DNA of 32,843 nt from an uncultured Candidatus Saccharibacteria bacterium (GCA_964452605.1 CAYVMF010000001.1:1-32843), one strand, 5' to 3'. Positions 8,596 through 16,709 are shown, numbered from the stretch's first letter. Notes: generated by a model not told the origin, from the letters alone. A program made the numbers and translations.

Positions 8596-9837
8596 TTATT
8601 TATGTTCAGTAAGTGGCTCGTGTTCTTCATGGAGAATTTCCCCGGTTTCGGAGTTCTTAACTACTTGATGGTATTCGTTTTTTTCTTTGTTAACATCCAT
8701 ATAATAATCAACACCTTCCCTTAATTTTTTGTCGCCACTAGATTTCCAGCCTTGCACTATAGTCCTTACTCGTCCAAAGCCAAGTCTGTTCAATTTGGTT
8801 TTAAGTAACTCCTTAATAGTGATTTTTTCCTTTAAGCTTATTCCATTCCAGCTATGTCCACATGTAAATTTAAACATAAAGGAATCATTAAGAATCTCTG
8901 CTTCATAGACTTCTATGGGGTTTTTACATGTACTGCAAATCCCGCTTTTTGTAGACAGGAGATAGTTTTCATACTCTTCGGACATTGATTGAGGCTGGGC
9001 TTCCTTTAGTTTTTGAGTAATTATTTCTGTTAGCTTTTCCTTGTTAACTATCATTTCTTTAATCTTTTCTTTATCGAGACTTACAACCAAACCTTCCGAT
9101 GTTAGAACTTTGTATTCTGGGCCCAGTGTTCTTCGAATTGGTTTTTTGTAATCAAAGTACTTAGAGAGTAATTCATTATGCGCTAAAACCATAAAGTCAT
9201 GTATATAGATACCTATGGTTTGACTAGCATCTCTGATCTCCGTGATGAGTTTTTCAATTTCAGCCCTGTCCCATTTTCTCCAATCATGCCCATGAACATG
9301 TGTACAGCTTTGTAACTCTTGCGATGCGGCATAGACCTTTTCTCTTAGAATATCGGTCTCTTTTGCAAGTGTCTCCTGAGCTTTTATTAATGGGGAGATA
9401 GCAGATATCCAGCCACTAAAAATATATGACATGCCTATATATTGATTGGTAAATGCAAAATAGTCACTAAATACTTTTTTTGTGAACTCTGACCACTTTC
9501 TCTCACCGTCTAATAAGCATTCTATTTCAGAGGTTGGCACAAAAATATCACCATGTTTTTTAGGGATCTTTAACTCGTAGGCAATCATACATGAGTCCAT
9601 AAGAATTAAAGGTGCTGCTGTTGCACCTAAAGTATTTAATCTATCTTGTGTATCTTTGGCTGCTTTTAAAAGCTCTTTATATATATCGTATTGAACTTGT
9701 ATTCTATGCTCATGTTTAGCATTACTCCTTTGGATGAGTAATGCTATTATCCAACCAACAATGGCAATGAAGATCGTAGCAATAAGCGTTAGCTGGTCTA
9801 CGCTGGAAAAGTCTATCCGAGAAGCAATATTAATCAT
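8596..9837 (-). CDS. AT-rich island protein 2: N-terminal TM anchor, large helical domain, C-terminal zinc-ribbon-like module
   Basis: 413-aa ORF. TM helix LTLIATIFIAIVGWIIALLI. CxxC...CGH cluster (CSTCKNPIEV...FKFTCGH). AGAGTAGAAT lies 6 nt upstream of the ATG, the same decamer as at gene 7174-8220. Confidence 0.65.
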   Translation of the reverse strand: MINIASRIDFSSVDQLTLIATIFIAIVGWIIALLIQRSNAKHEHRIQVQYDIYKELLKAAKDTQDRLNTLGATAAPLILMDSCMIAYELKIPKKHGDIFVPTSEIECLLDGERKWSEFTKKVFSDYFAFTNQYIGMSYIFSGWISAISPLIKAQETLAKETDILREKVYAASQELQSCTHVHGHDWRKWDRAEIEKLITEIRDASQTIGIYIHDFMVLAHNELLSKYFDYKKPIRRTLGPEYKVLTSEGLVVSLDKEKIKEMIVNKEKLTEIITQKLKEAQPQSMSEEYENYLLSTKSGICSTCKNPIEVYEAEILNDSFMFKFTCGHSWNGISLKEKITIKELLKTKLNRLGFGRVRTIVQGWKSSGDKKLREGVDYYMDVNKEKNEYHQVVKNSETGEILHEEHEPLTEHK

Positions 9838-9938
9838 TTCCTAATTCTACTCTATAAAGATACTTTTGACCCATATAGGTCTTAAAGTACGTTTATTTAC
9901 AAAGCTGGGTTGTTAGGACAGTGACTCGTGTCCAACTA

Positions 9939-9961
9939 TCTACACCCGCTAGGACTCGAAC
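9939..9961 (-). pseudogene. Isolated tRNA 3'-end fragment (T-loop, 3' T-stem and acceptor 3' strand)
   Basis: The minus strand reads GTTCGAGTCCTAGCGGGTGTAGA. That is a canonical GTTCGAGTC T-loop, then 5 nt of T-stem, a 7-nt acceptor strand and a discriminator. No matching 5' acceptor strand or D/anticodon arms lie upstream. It differs from the 3' ends of both intact tRNAs in the window. Confidence 0.35.
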
Positions 9962-10015
9962 TTTTTTAACCGTTACAAATCAACCATGTCTGGTCTATAT
10001 GTACGAAAATTCCAT

Positions 10016-10089
10016 TGGCTGGGGTACAAGGGCTCGAACCTCGATTAACAGTTCCAGAAACTGCTGTCCTACCATTAGACGATACCCCA
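10016..10089 (-). tRNA. tRNA-Gln (anticodon CUG)
   Basis: I folded it by hand. Acceptor TGGGGTA/TACCCCA (U1:A72, typical of bacterial tRNA-Gln). D-arm GTCT-AATGGTA-GGAC. Anticodon arm GCAGT-TTCTGGA-ACTGT. T-arm CGAGG-TTCGAGC-CCTTG. Discriminator G and an encoded CCA. Confidence 0.9.
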
Positions 10090-10123
10090 TTCGTTGGTAA
10101 CTTCAAGAAAGTTACTGATTGCA

Positions 10124-10132
10124 ATACTAGCA
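10124..10132 (-). promoter_or_regulatory. Candidate extended -10 promoter for tRNA-Gln
   Basis: The minus strand reads TGCTAGTAT about 35 nt upstream of the tRNA 5' end. Confidence 0.35.
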
Positions 10133-10165
10133 TTTTCGTACTCTTTTCTCAACAGATATACATAC

Positions 10166-10195
10166 AACAAAAGCGAGGAACCTCCTCGCTTTTGT
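10166..10195. terminator. Intrinsic terminator downstream of the GC-rich lipoprotein gene
   Basis: ACAAAAGCGAGGA-ACC-TCCTCGCTTTTGT: 13-nt perfect arms with flanking A/T tracts. Confidence 0.8.
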
Positions 10196-10203
10196 ATGCG
10201 ACC

Positions 10204-10797
10204 TTAGCCGCACACTTTTCCAGGTCGCCACTTTTCGCGCGGCAACCATTCCCAATACCGGGAATCCATCCTGTGGAATTGCCCCACAAATGCGTGGAGA
10301 ATTTCGTGAGCAGATGTACCCCTGTCCTCCTTTCCTTGCCTATCAACGTATGTCGGGATGTAAATAACTCCACAATACCCGTCCCCTTCAAACAAATATC
10401 CCAACCGGCCGCATTCAGACAGGCACAGTACCTGATGCGGAGACAATTTTGTTTTTGAAACTTCAAATTGTCGCTGCGCAACCTGATGTGGGACTTGAAG
10501 CGGATAAAAGTTGAGGCGCTTGACCCCCTGCTCCACCTCTGCGAACCCTTTACCTTGGCGAGCTTGAACGCAAAGATGCAACTGGTCGTTAACTCCTTTG
10601 TCTACAGCTTCTTTGGTAAACCGCATATAGATGTTGCACACACCTTTTGTGTCGAGATACCCAACACCCTCTTTGTCATGAAGACGGATAGAGAGCGAAA
10701 AAGCTGGATTATTGACCCACTCGGGCAGCAGCATAGAAGCACATCCCGACAAAAGTAGCGTAGCGAAAGCTACCACAGTCAAAAGAAATCTGGTCAT
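10204..10797 (-). CDS. GC-rich orphan lipoprotein with an HExxH zinc-metallopeptidase-like motif
   Basis: 197-aa ORF. Signal peptide with lipobox (LLLSGC). C-terminal AHEILHAFVGQFH has HExxH plus a third His 7 residues later. A G-rich SD (AGGGGG) lies about 6 nt upstream of the ATG. GC is about 50% against about 40% in the flanks. Confidence 0.65.
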   Translation of the reverse strand: MTRFLLTVVAFATLLLSGCASMLLPEWVNNPAFSLSIRLHDKEGVGYLDTKGVCNIYMRFTKEAVDKGVNDQLHLCVQARQGKGFAEVEQGVKRLNFYPLQVPHQVAQRQFEVSKTKLSPHQVLCLSECGRLGYLFEGDGYCGVIYIPTYVDRQGKEDRGTSAHEILHAFVGQFHRMDSRYWEWLPREKWRPGKVCG

Positions 10798-10823
10798 GAG
10801 AACCCCCTAAAGAACATAGCCCT

Positions 10824-10829
10824 ATTATA
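10824..10829 (-). promoter_or_regulatory. -10 box (TATAAT) for the 10204-10797 gene
   Basis: The minus strand reads TAGAGTATAATAGGGC, 26 nt upstream of the ATG. I found no convincing -35. Confidence 0.4.
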
Positions 10830-10869
10830 CTCTATTTACAACACTAGAATATTGTGGTTTTTACTTAGT

Positions 10870-12525
10870 TTAGAGAACAAGTCTCACCAGTCTCAGCTGA
10901 TTATACGTATACGCTTCTTTAAGATGTTCAAACACGGGTGCTAGTTTTTTCGTGTCCATTTCTTTAAATCCTTTCTTTATCGCAGTCATATCTTTTTTCG
11001 CAGGAAGAATGTGCTCAATCTCTACGTCTTCACCCATCTCTACTAGTTTTTCAATGTGTCCGACTATTGTGTCTTCAGATATGCCACGCTCTGTAGCTAT
11101 TTCCTTTATACTTTTTCCAAGCTTAAGCATTTCCTGAGTTACTGCATGTGATGGCGCTTTTTCTTGTATCTCATCTGCCTCTTCATCGTCTAACTCCTCT
11201 ACACTTCCATGTCGCTCAAGCAGCCATTTCTCTTGAAGTACTCTGAGGTCTTTTTCTTCGTATTTTGCTACTGCATATTCTGCCTGATCGCTCTTGGCAC
11301 GAAAGTGAATATCTGCTTCACGAACCTCTTCAGCAACGGAAAGCGCCTGTGGGTTGAAGCCTTTTAAATTAAGCCCCTCAAGCGACTTAAGTCGAGAAAG
11401 CGCTACATACCCCTGCCCTGATGCAAAGGCACGACTGAGGTCAATTTCAGCCCTCTCGAGGGTCATTCCTTGGCTCTTGTGAACAGTGATAGCCCAGGCG
11501 AGTTTTAATGGAAGCTGAGAGATTTCAGCGCGAACTTTTCCATCCTCTTCGATACGCCATGTTTCTGCTTTAATGGTTACTCGTTTACCAGATGCCAATT
11601 CCACAACTGGTGCTTTGTCGCTTTCAAAAGCGACTATTTTACCCATAGAACCGTTTACGTATTTACGTTCAGCGTCGTTCTTTATACAAATTACTTTGGC
11701 GCCAATCTTTAGCTCCAAAATCTCATCTGCTAAGCAGTTATTTTTAAGTGATGCGAGTACTTGCCCTTTTCCTCTAGTCACCATTGTGTAGCGATACACC
11801 TCTCCCTCTAGTTTGGTAAAGGCTTGTCTGTTTATTTCATCTACGTTTTCGTTGTGCGTGTAGAGCTTAATATGATCTTCTGTATGCTTTTTAGTAAACG
11901 TCTCTTGAAGCGCGAGGAAGTGCTCTTCTTCGACTTCACCGCTACGTATCGCATTTAAAATATTTGTAAGTGTATCGTCATCCTGGCGGTACTGGTCTGT
12001 TAAATAACAAACCACGGGCTTCGCTTCTTTCCATGCACGTGAAGTAAATGCAAAGACGTCTTTGTTTTCGTAGGTGTCGTTATTCTTTACTACCGGCGGT
12101 AGCTGAAAAAAATCTCCCGTGAATACCACTTGCAGCCCACCGAATGGTTTGTCGTTTCGGCGTATGTGCTTACCGACTTTATCTAGCATGTCCACAAAAG
12201 AAGCGTGCAGCATAGATATCTCATCGATGATGAGCACTTGGGTTTCATTCCAGCGTTTATACAGTGTGGGCTTTTCTTCTATTGCATCTAGGTCGTACGG
12301 AGTGAGTTGCTGCTTAATACCGATACCACTCCACGCGTGGATGGTCGTACCACCTATGTGCGTTGATGCGATACCAGTAGAAGCAGTCACTGCGTAGCGT
12401 ACTCCATGCTTTTTTAAATAGGTAGTGTACTCACGAAGTGCGTATGATTTACCCGCTCCAGCAGCCCCAGTGAGAAACGTCGTATGACCTAATTTAAGAA
12501 TAGATAGCGCAGTAGCCTGAGTCAT
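10870..12525 (-). CDS. Pif1/RecD-family (SF1B) ATP-dependent DNA helicase with a C-terminal helix-turn-helix domain
   Basis: 551-aa ORF. Walker A GAAGAGKSY, Walker B LIIDEISM, motifs GDFFQLPPV and TVHKSQG. C-terminal HTH SIKEIATERGISEDTIVGHIEKLV. Confidence 0.85.
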   Translation of the reverse strand: MTQATALSILKLGHTTFLTGAAGAGKSYALREYTTYLKKHGVRYAVTASTGIASTHIGGTTIHAWSGIGIKQQLTPYDLDAIEEKPTLYKRWNETQVLIIDEISMLHASFVDMLDKVGKHIRRNDKPFGGLQVVFTGDFFQLPPVVKNNDTYENKDVFAFTSRAWKEAKPVVCYLTDQYRQDDDTLTNILNAIRSGEVEEEHFLALQETFTKKHTEDHIKLYTHNENVDEINRQAFTKLEGEVYRYTMVTRGKGQVLASLKNNCLADEILELKIGAKVICIKNDAERKYVNGSMGKIVAFESDKAPVVELASGKRVTIKAETWRIEEDGKVRAEISQLPLKLAWAITVHKSQGMTLERAEIDLSRAFASGQGYVALSRLKSLEGLNLKGFNPQALSVAEEVREADIHFRAKSDQAEYAVAKYEEKDLRVLQEKWLLERHGSVEELDDEEADEIQEKAPSHAVTQEMLKLGKSIKEIATERGISEDTIVGHIEKLVEMGEDVEIEHILPAKKDMTAIKKGFKEMDTKKLAPVFEHLKEAYTYNQLRLVRLVL

Positions 12526-12603
12526 GATTATGCAGTATATCAGGCGGAATTAAGTACAGCTGTTGATAGTAGAACGATTGTTCTTATTTTTTTATTTTTC
12601 GTA

Positions 12604-12612
12604 TGCTAGAAT
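12604..12612 (+). promoter_or_regulatory. Extended -10 promoter (TGcTAGAAT) for the GC-rich gene at 12647
   Basis: TGCTAGAAT lies 34 nt upstream of the ATG. The leader contains AAGGCAAGG as an SD-like element. Confidence 0.45.
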
Positions 12613-12646
12613 GACGCTTGAAAGTAACAACTTGAAAGGCAAGGCC

Positions 12647-13090
12647 ATGGAAACACTTGATTCTTACGCGACGGAGCGGCGGGAGAGAAAGGGTCTTCTT
12701 TTCCACTCCCCCTGCGCCACCTGTGGCTGTTGCATCGACGACCACATCGAACCGGACCGGTACGGCATTACCGATGAAGTAGCGAAACTGATGGGGAACG
12801 GAAGATGTTCTCTGTTTTCCTGCAAAGGGTTCAAGGTGCGTAAAAGCGACTTGAAACACATCGTGTACGTGTGCGCTCGGCGACTTTTCTTTGGCGAGCG
12901 GCAGGCGGAAGATTTCTGGGAGCACCCAGGTGTCAAAGAAGCCGCGCAAAAGCTTCTAGAAGAGAAGCTAGCTGAGTGGGAAGAAACCGAAAGCAAAGTT
13001 AACAAGTGGTGCGCCAATTACGGCTCAGTCATGATGATCGGTCTCACACGTGATGGCAGATCAGTAGCATTTAATATTGGGACAGCGTAA
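12647..13090 (+). CDS. GC-rich orphan Cys-rich (putative zinc-binding) protein, 147 aa
   Basis: I prefer the ATG at 12647 (SD-like AAGG upstream) over the track's TTG at 12563. Cys cluster CATCGCCIDDH...CSLFSCKGF. Acidic helical segment KLLEEKLAEWEETESK. GC is clearly above the flanks. Terminator follows. Confidence 0.6.
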   Translation: METLDSYATERRERKGLLFHSPCATCGCCIDDHIEPDRYGITDEVAKLMGNGRCSLFSCKGFKVRKSDLKHIVYVCARRLFFGERQAEDFWEHPGVKEAAQKLLEEKLAEWEETESKVNKWCANYGSVMMIGLTRDGRSVAFNIGTA

Positions 13091-13109
13091 CTGCGCCAAT
13101 ACATACTAC

Positions 13110-13140
13110 AAAAAAGCGTAACCAGGGGTTACGCTTTTTT
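13110..13140. terminator. Bidirectional intrinsic terminator (12647 gene / ftsX, convergent)
   Basis: AAAAAAGCGTAACC-AGG-GGTTACGCTTTTTT: 14-nt perfect arms. Confidence 0.85.
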
Positions 13141-13155
13141 GCTTCTTAACTAAGA

Positions 13156-14088
13156 TTAAATCTGAAGATATTTTCTAACGGCAAGGAGAGAAGAAACAAC
13201 TGCGAGCACGACACCAGAAAGAAGGAGTAGCCCCCCAAGCTGGAAGAAGTGAGAAATAAAGAATGAGTGAAGATTAAGCCCCTCAAAGAAGAAAACTGTC
13301 TTTTTCGTAACCCATGCAGTTGCCGGCCAAAAGAGAACCAGTGTAATGACTGTTGCCACAAATGCGTATAGTACTGCTTCTACTACGAACGGACCACGGA
13401 TGAACATGTTTGACGCTCCCACAAGTTTCATCACAGCGATTTCATCTCTGTACACAAATATAGCGAGACGTATTGTATTGTAGACAATCATACAACTCAT
13501 AAGCACGAAGATAACTGAAAGCCAGAACCCAACAGTATTTGTCCAACCAATAATATTGTTTAATTTATCGATACTATCTTTTAGTTGATAGTAGTTAATC
13601 TTATCGACTGACCCTTCTGCGTCCCCTAGTAACCCAGAACCGCTTGCAAGCGCTTGTGCGATTACTTCATACTGAGATGTCTCTTTGGCGAGCACTGAGA
13701 GCGATGCACCGAACGGATTAGTGCCAAGCTCGTCTAACGCTTGAAGTGTAAGCTGATCCCCTTCGTGGCGAAGTTTAAAATCTGCTAATGCATCTTCACG
13801 TGAAGTATAGGTAACTTGTTTTACTTGAGGAAGTCCTAGAAGTTTAGCTTTTACGTCCTGAATCTGTTCCACAGACGCATCTGTAGTGAAGTAGACACGC
13901 ACGTCTACTTTTTCCTGCACCTGATCTAATGTATAGTCAAAAATCGCACGAAAGAGATAAAACGAAGTAATAATAGAAAGCGTAATCGTAAGAATGAAAA
14001 TAGAAGAAAGAGATACTGTACGGTTACGGTAAAACCCGCGGAAGCCAGCAGTAAGTATTCTTCGAGTGAGTGTCGTTTTTGATGTCAT
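13156..14088 (-). CDS. ftsX: Cell-division ABC transporter permease FtsX
   Basis: 310-aa ORF. One TM, a periplasmic domain, then three C-terminal TM helices. It sits immediately downstream of ftsE. Confidence 0.85.
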   Translation of the reverse strand: MTSKTTLTRRILTAGFRGFYRNRTVSLSSIFILTITLSIITSFYLFRAIFDYTLDQVQEKVDVRVYFTTDASVEQIQDVKAKLLGLPQVKQVTYTSREDALADFKLRHEGDQLTLQALDELGTNPFGASLSVLAKETSQYEVIAQALASGSGLLGDAEGSVDKINYYQLKDSIDKLNNIIGWTNTVGFWLSVIFVLMSCMIVYNTIRLAIFVYRDEIAVMKLVGASNMFIRGPFVVEAVLYAFVATVITLVLFWPATAWVTKKTVFFFEGLNLHSFFISHFFQLGGLLLLSGVVLAVVSSLLAVRKYLQI

Positions 14089-14100
14089 ATCTATAAGAAG

Positions 14101-14781
14101 CTACATTGTAAATTTACCAGACTTTTGATCTCGAATAACTCTTCCGTCTTCCATAGTAATCACTCGACGACCGAGATTATCTACAATGCCTTTGTTGTGT
14201 GTTGTCAAAATAACTGTTGTGCCAAGGTCGTTAATCTTCTTTAGAATCTGAACAATGTCGTAGGTGTTAAGCGGATCAAGGTTTCCTGTCGGCTCATCAG
14301 CGATAATAATTTCTGGACGATTAATAATCGCTCGCGCAATTGCTACTCGCTGCTGTTCTCCACCAGATAGCTGGTGTGGAAAATGATGCATTTTGTCTTT
14401 CAGGTCAACGAGGTCCATCACGTGCGGCACATCTTCTGCGATATCGTCGTCATGCTTACCTGCTGCCTCCATAGCAAATGCCACATTTTCATATGCAGTT
14501 TTGTTTGGAATGAGACGAAAATCTTGAAAGACTACACCAACCTTGCGGCGATAGTTTGTCATGTCTTTTCCACGCAACAAGTGAATGTCATCTGAATGGA
14601 AAGAAACTGTTCCTTCTGTTGGACCTTCCTCTGCAAGAAGAAGTTTAATGAGTGTTGTTTTCCCAGCACCAGAGTGCCCCACAATAGACACAAGCTCACC
14701 TGGATGAATGGTAATAGAAATATTATCGAGTACTTTGTTTCCATTCTCGTACTCTTTAGAAACTCGGTCAAAGTAAAGCAT
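14101..14781 (-). CDS. ftsE: Cell-division ABC transporter ATP-binding protein FtsE
   Basis: 226-aa ORF. Walker [10 protein letters not shown], signature LSGGEQQR, Walker [13 protein letters not shown]. TGaTACAAT lies 6 nt upstream of the ATG. Confidence 0.9.
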   Translation of the reverse strand: MLYFDRVSKEYENGNKVLDNISITIHPGELVSIVGHSGAGKTTLIKLLLAEEGPTEGTVSFHSDDIHLLRGKDMTNYRRKVGVVFQDFRLIPNKTAYENVAFAMEAAGKHDDDIAEDVPHVMDLVDLKDKMHHFPHQLSGGEQQRVAIARAIINRPEIIIADEPTGNLDPLNTYDIVQILKKINDLGTTVILTTHNKGIVDNLGRRVITMEDGRVIRDQKSGKFTM

Positions 14782-14821
14782 AGTTTTATTGTATCATACA
14801 TAAAATACACAATGTGAATAA

Positions 14822-14854
14822 GCAGAAAAGGCGCCCAACGGGCGCCTTTTCTGC
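14822..14854. terminator. Intrinsic terminator downstream of the M64-like peptidase gene
   Basis: GCAGAAAAGGCGCCC-AAC-GGGCGCCTTTTCTGC: 15-nt perfect arms. Confidence 0.85.
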
Positions 14855-14875
14855 TATCTGCTAATTAAGATCAGA

Positions 14876-16609
14876 CTACTTAGTAACGTTAATTACTTTT
14901 GTACCGATATTGTTAGCGGCGTCATACGCTTTTGCTGTAATCGTATGCGGACCTGAAGTAAATGTAGAATTCTTAACTGAGATTGAACAAGAATTTACGT
15001 TTGTACATGTCTTAAGTGTCGTCGCATCACGCATAAGCACAATCTTTGTAACTTTTATGTTATCTGTAGCTGTTGCTGCGATTGTAGTATTACCTGAACT
15101 TGGAATAGTCGCGCCATTTTGTGGGCTAGTAATATTTGCAACTGGAGCTGTACCGTCTACGAGCGTAACAGTAACCTGTGTTGAGGTAGCGAAGTTTCCA
15201 GAGTAGTCGAATGCTTTCACATGGAACTTATATGCTTTGTTTGTTTGACCAGTTGTGTCCCAACGTAGCTTGTACGGAGTTACAGATGTGGTGTCGATAA
15301 GCACATTGTCCTTATAGAGCTCAACTTTCTCAACAAAACCTGAGTTATCTGCTGTCGATGTAGCATGGAAGTAATACCACCCGCCAACGTTAGGTGTACT
15401 TGTAGAAGTAAGTGGAGAGGTAATAGCCGTAGTTGGTTTTACTGTATCAACTGGGTTATTGATGTTAACTGAAATAACCTCAGAAGTTCCTACGTTATTC
15501 ACGACATCAAACGCACGCACAGTAATAGTGTGTGGACCGTTTGCGAACTTCATTGAAGGAAACTGGAATGTAAAGGCTTCAATGTACAAAGTCTTATACA
15601 GTACCCCGTCCACCAGAAGCTCTACACGTGCAACACCCTGGTCATCACCTACAGTTGTGGTAATCGGAACAACACCAGTAAGTGTCTGACCTTGTGTGAG
15701 GTTAGTAATAGTTGCTGTTGGTGCGATAGTGTTAGTGTACGGACCAGCGTAGAAGTCTAGTCTTTCATTTACTGCGCGCTGAGAAATGACGTTAAAGTAC
15801 GTGTCAGTAATGATGTTCATCAAACTGTTCTGTGAAGCACGATAGTAATTCGGGAAGTTACACCCTTGTGTATAGTCAGCTGGTGCCACAAGCCCAACCC
15901 ACGATGCGGGCATTGTGCTTGAAGGGCTACAGTTCACCATATTAAACTCAGTCATACTTAGCTGGTACTCATCAGAAAGATTTCCAACTGAGTGCCCTCC
16001 GAGTTCGTGAAGGCCAATTAATGGACCAAATGTTCCGCTGTATGTAGCTGCAATTGGGTCGTCTCCTGCACCTCCATAATTTGAGTTGTTAACAATGATG
16101 AGTGCTTTATCATACGGAACACCCGCAGAAGTCATAAGTTGACCTGTGAGCGTACGATTACAAAGAATGAGTCTACCGTCATACACACACTGTAGGTCGT
16201 CGGTATTTTCAACGTAGTGGAACATAATCTGCTCTGCACGACTCTTAAATGGTTCTACCGCAAGGAACTGTGTAATCATACGATTGGCATCAGTATAAAA
16301 CTTTGGCATATCTGAGGCTGTGTAGTCGTCTCCGATGAGCGCGATATCAAGTGTTGTACTTGAGGTTGAGGTCGCAGATGTGGTTGTACCAGTTGGTTCG
16401 AGATACACCGCACCGTTAATAGATGTAAATGTTGGTGGCGGAGGCACCACTACAACAGGAGGTTTTTTAAAAGAACTAGCACGTTTTGTTGAAGGAGCTT
16501 CATGAGCTAACGCTACATATCCAAACGTGGAAGCAAGCAAAACTCCAGCAAGTAAAACGAATCCTCGAGTAGCAAGTCGGCTCCGAGTATCTGAAATAGA
16601 AATTGACAT
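14876..16609 (-). CDS. Secreted M64-like (IgA-peptidase family) zinc metallopeptidase with three C-terminal Ig-like repeats
   Basis: 577-aa ORF with an N-terminal TM/signal segment. HELGGHSVGNLSDEY fits the M64 HExxH...DEY arrangement. Three repeats of about 90 aa have the pattern V.(K/R)(V/I)(E/V)L..D...(L/I)......GPHTIT(V/A)(R/K)A(F/Y)D..(N/G)N. Confidence 0.7.
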   Translation of the reverse strand: MSISISDTRSRLATRGFVLLAGVLLASTFGYVALAHEAPSTKRASSFKKPPVVVVPPPPTFTSINGAVYLEPTGTTTSATSTSSTTLDIALIGDDYTASDMPKFYTDANRMITQFLAVEPFKSRAEQIMFHYVENTDDLQCVYDGRLILCNRTLTGQLMTSAGVPYDKALIIVNNSNYGGAGDDPIAATYSGTFGPLIGLHELGGHSVGNLSDEYQLSMTEFNMVNCSPSSTMPASWVGLVAPADYTQGCNFPNYYRASQNSLMNIITDTYFNVISQRAVNERLDFYAGPYTNTIAPTATITNLTQGQTLTGVVPITTTVGDDQGVARVELLVDGVLYKTLYIEAFTFQFPSMKFANGPHTITVRAFDVVNNVGTSEVISVNINNPVDTVKPTTAITSPLTSTSTPNVGGWYYFHATSTADNSGFVEKVELYKDNVLIDTTSVTPYKLRWDTTGQTNKAYKFHVKAFDYSGNFATSTQVTVTLVDGTAPVANITSPQNGATIPSSGNTTIAATATDNIKVTKIVLMRDATTLKTCTNVNSCSISVKNSTFTSGPHTITAKAYDAANNIGTKVINVTK

Positions 16610-16709
16610 GATTAATTAGAACGAATAGCTAAATAAATAAAATGACACGAGAAAGAACTGTACGTTCCTAAAGTGTATCACGCAAAGACAAGAATAATAT
16701 CAACAGATA

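Noticed and set aside
10144-10156. Third copy of the ctgttgag word (minus strand) near tRNA-Gln as part of a repeat family with 6034 and 6151
   Set aside because: Only an 8-mer is shared. About one such match is expected by chance in a window of this size.
10015-10481. Track ORFs 10015-10458 (+) and 10149-10481 (-), plus 10468-10758 (+)
   Set aside because: The first overlaps tRNA-Gln and the terminator. All three are alternative frames of the GC-rich lipoprotein region, where stop codons are rare. Only the 10204-10797 frame has a lipobox, SD and promoter.
12563-12646. N-terminal extension of the 12563-13090 ORF (TTG start) and the alternative ATG at 12611
   Set aside because: The extension would run through the shared promoter region. 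The ATG at 12611 overlaps the TAGAAT box itself. The ATG at 12647 has an SD-like AAGG at the proper spacing. This remains uncertain.
12584-13017. Antisense track ORFs 12584-12949 and 12664-13017
   Set aside because: Their Arg/Ser/Pro-rich sequence looks out of frame, and they lie opposite the Cys-rich gene. They are a by-product of high GC.
14374-14817. Track ORFs overlapping ftsE and its upstream region (14374-14595, 14559-14810, 14596-14817)
   Set aside because: They are antisense or off-frame to a well-supported ftsE, with low-complexity sequence and no start signals. The same reasoning applies to the other short track ORFs nested in rnr, smc, atpD, prfB, rarA, capA, the helicase and the surface-protein genes.
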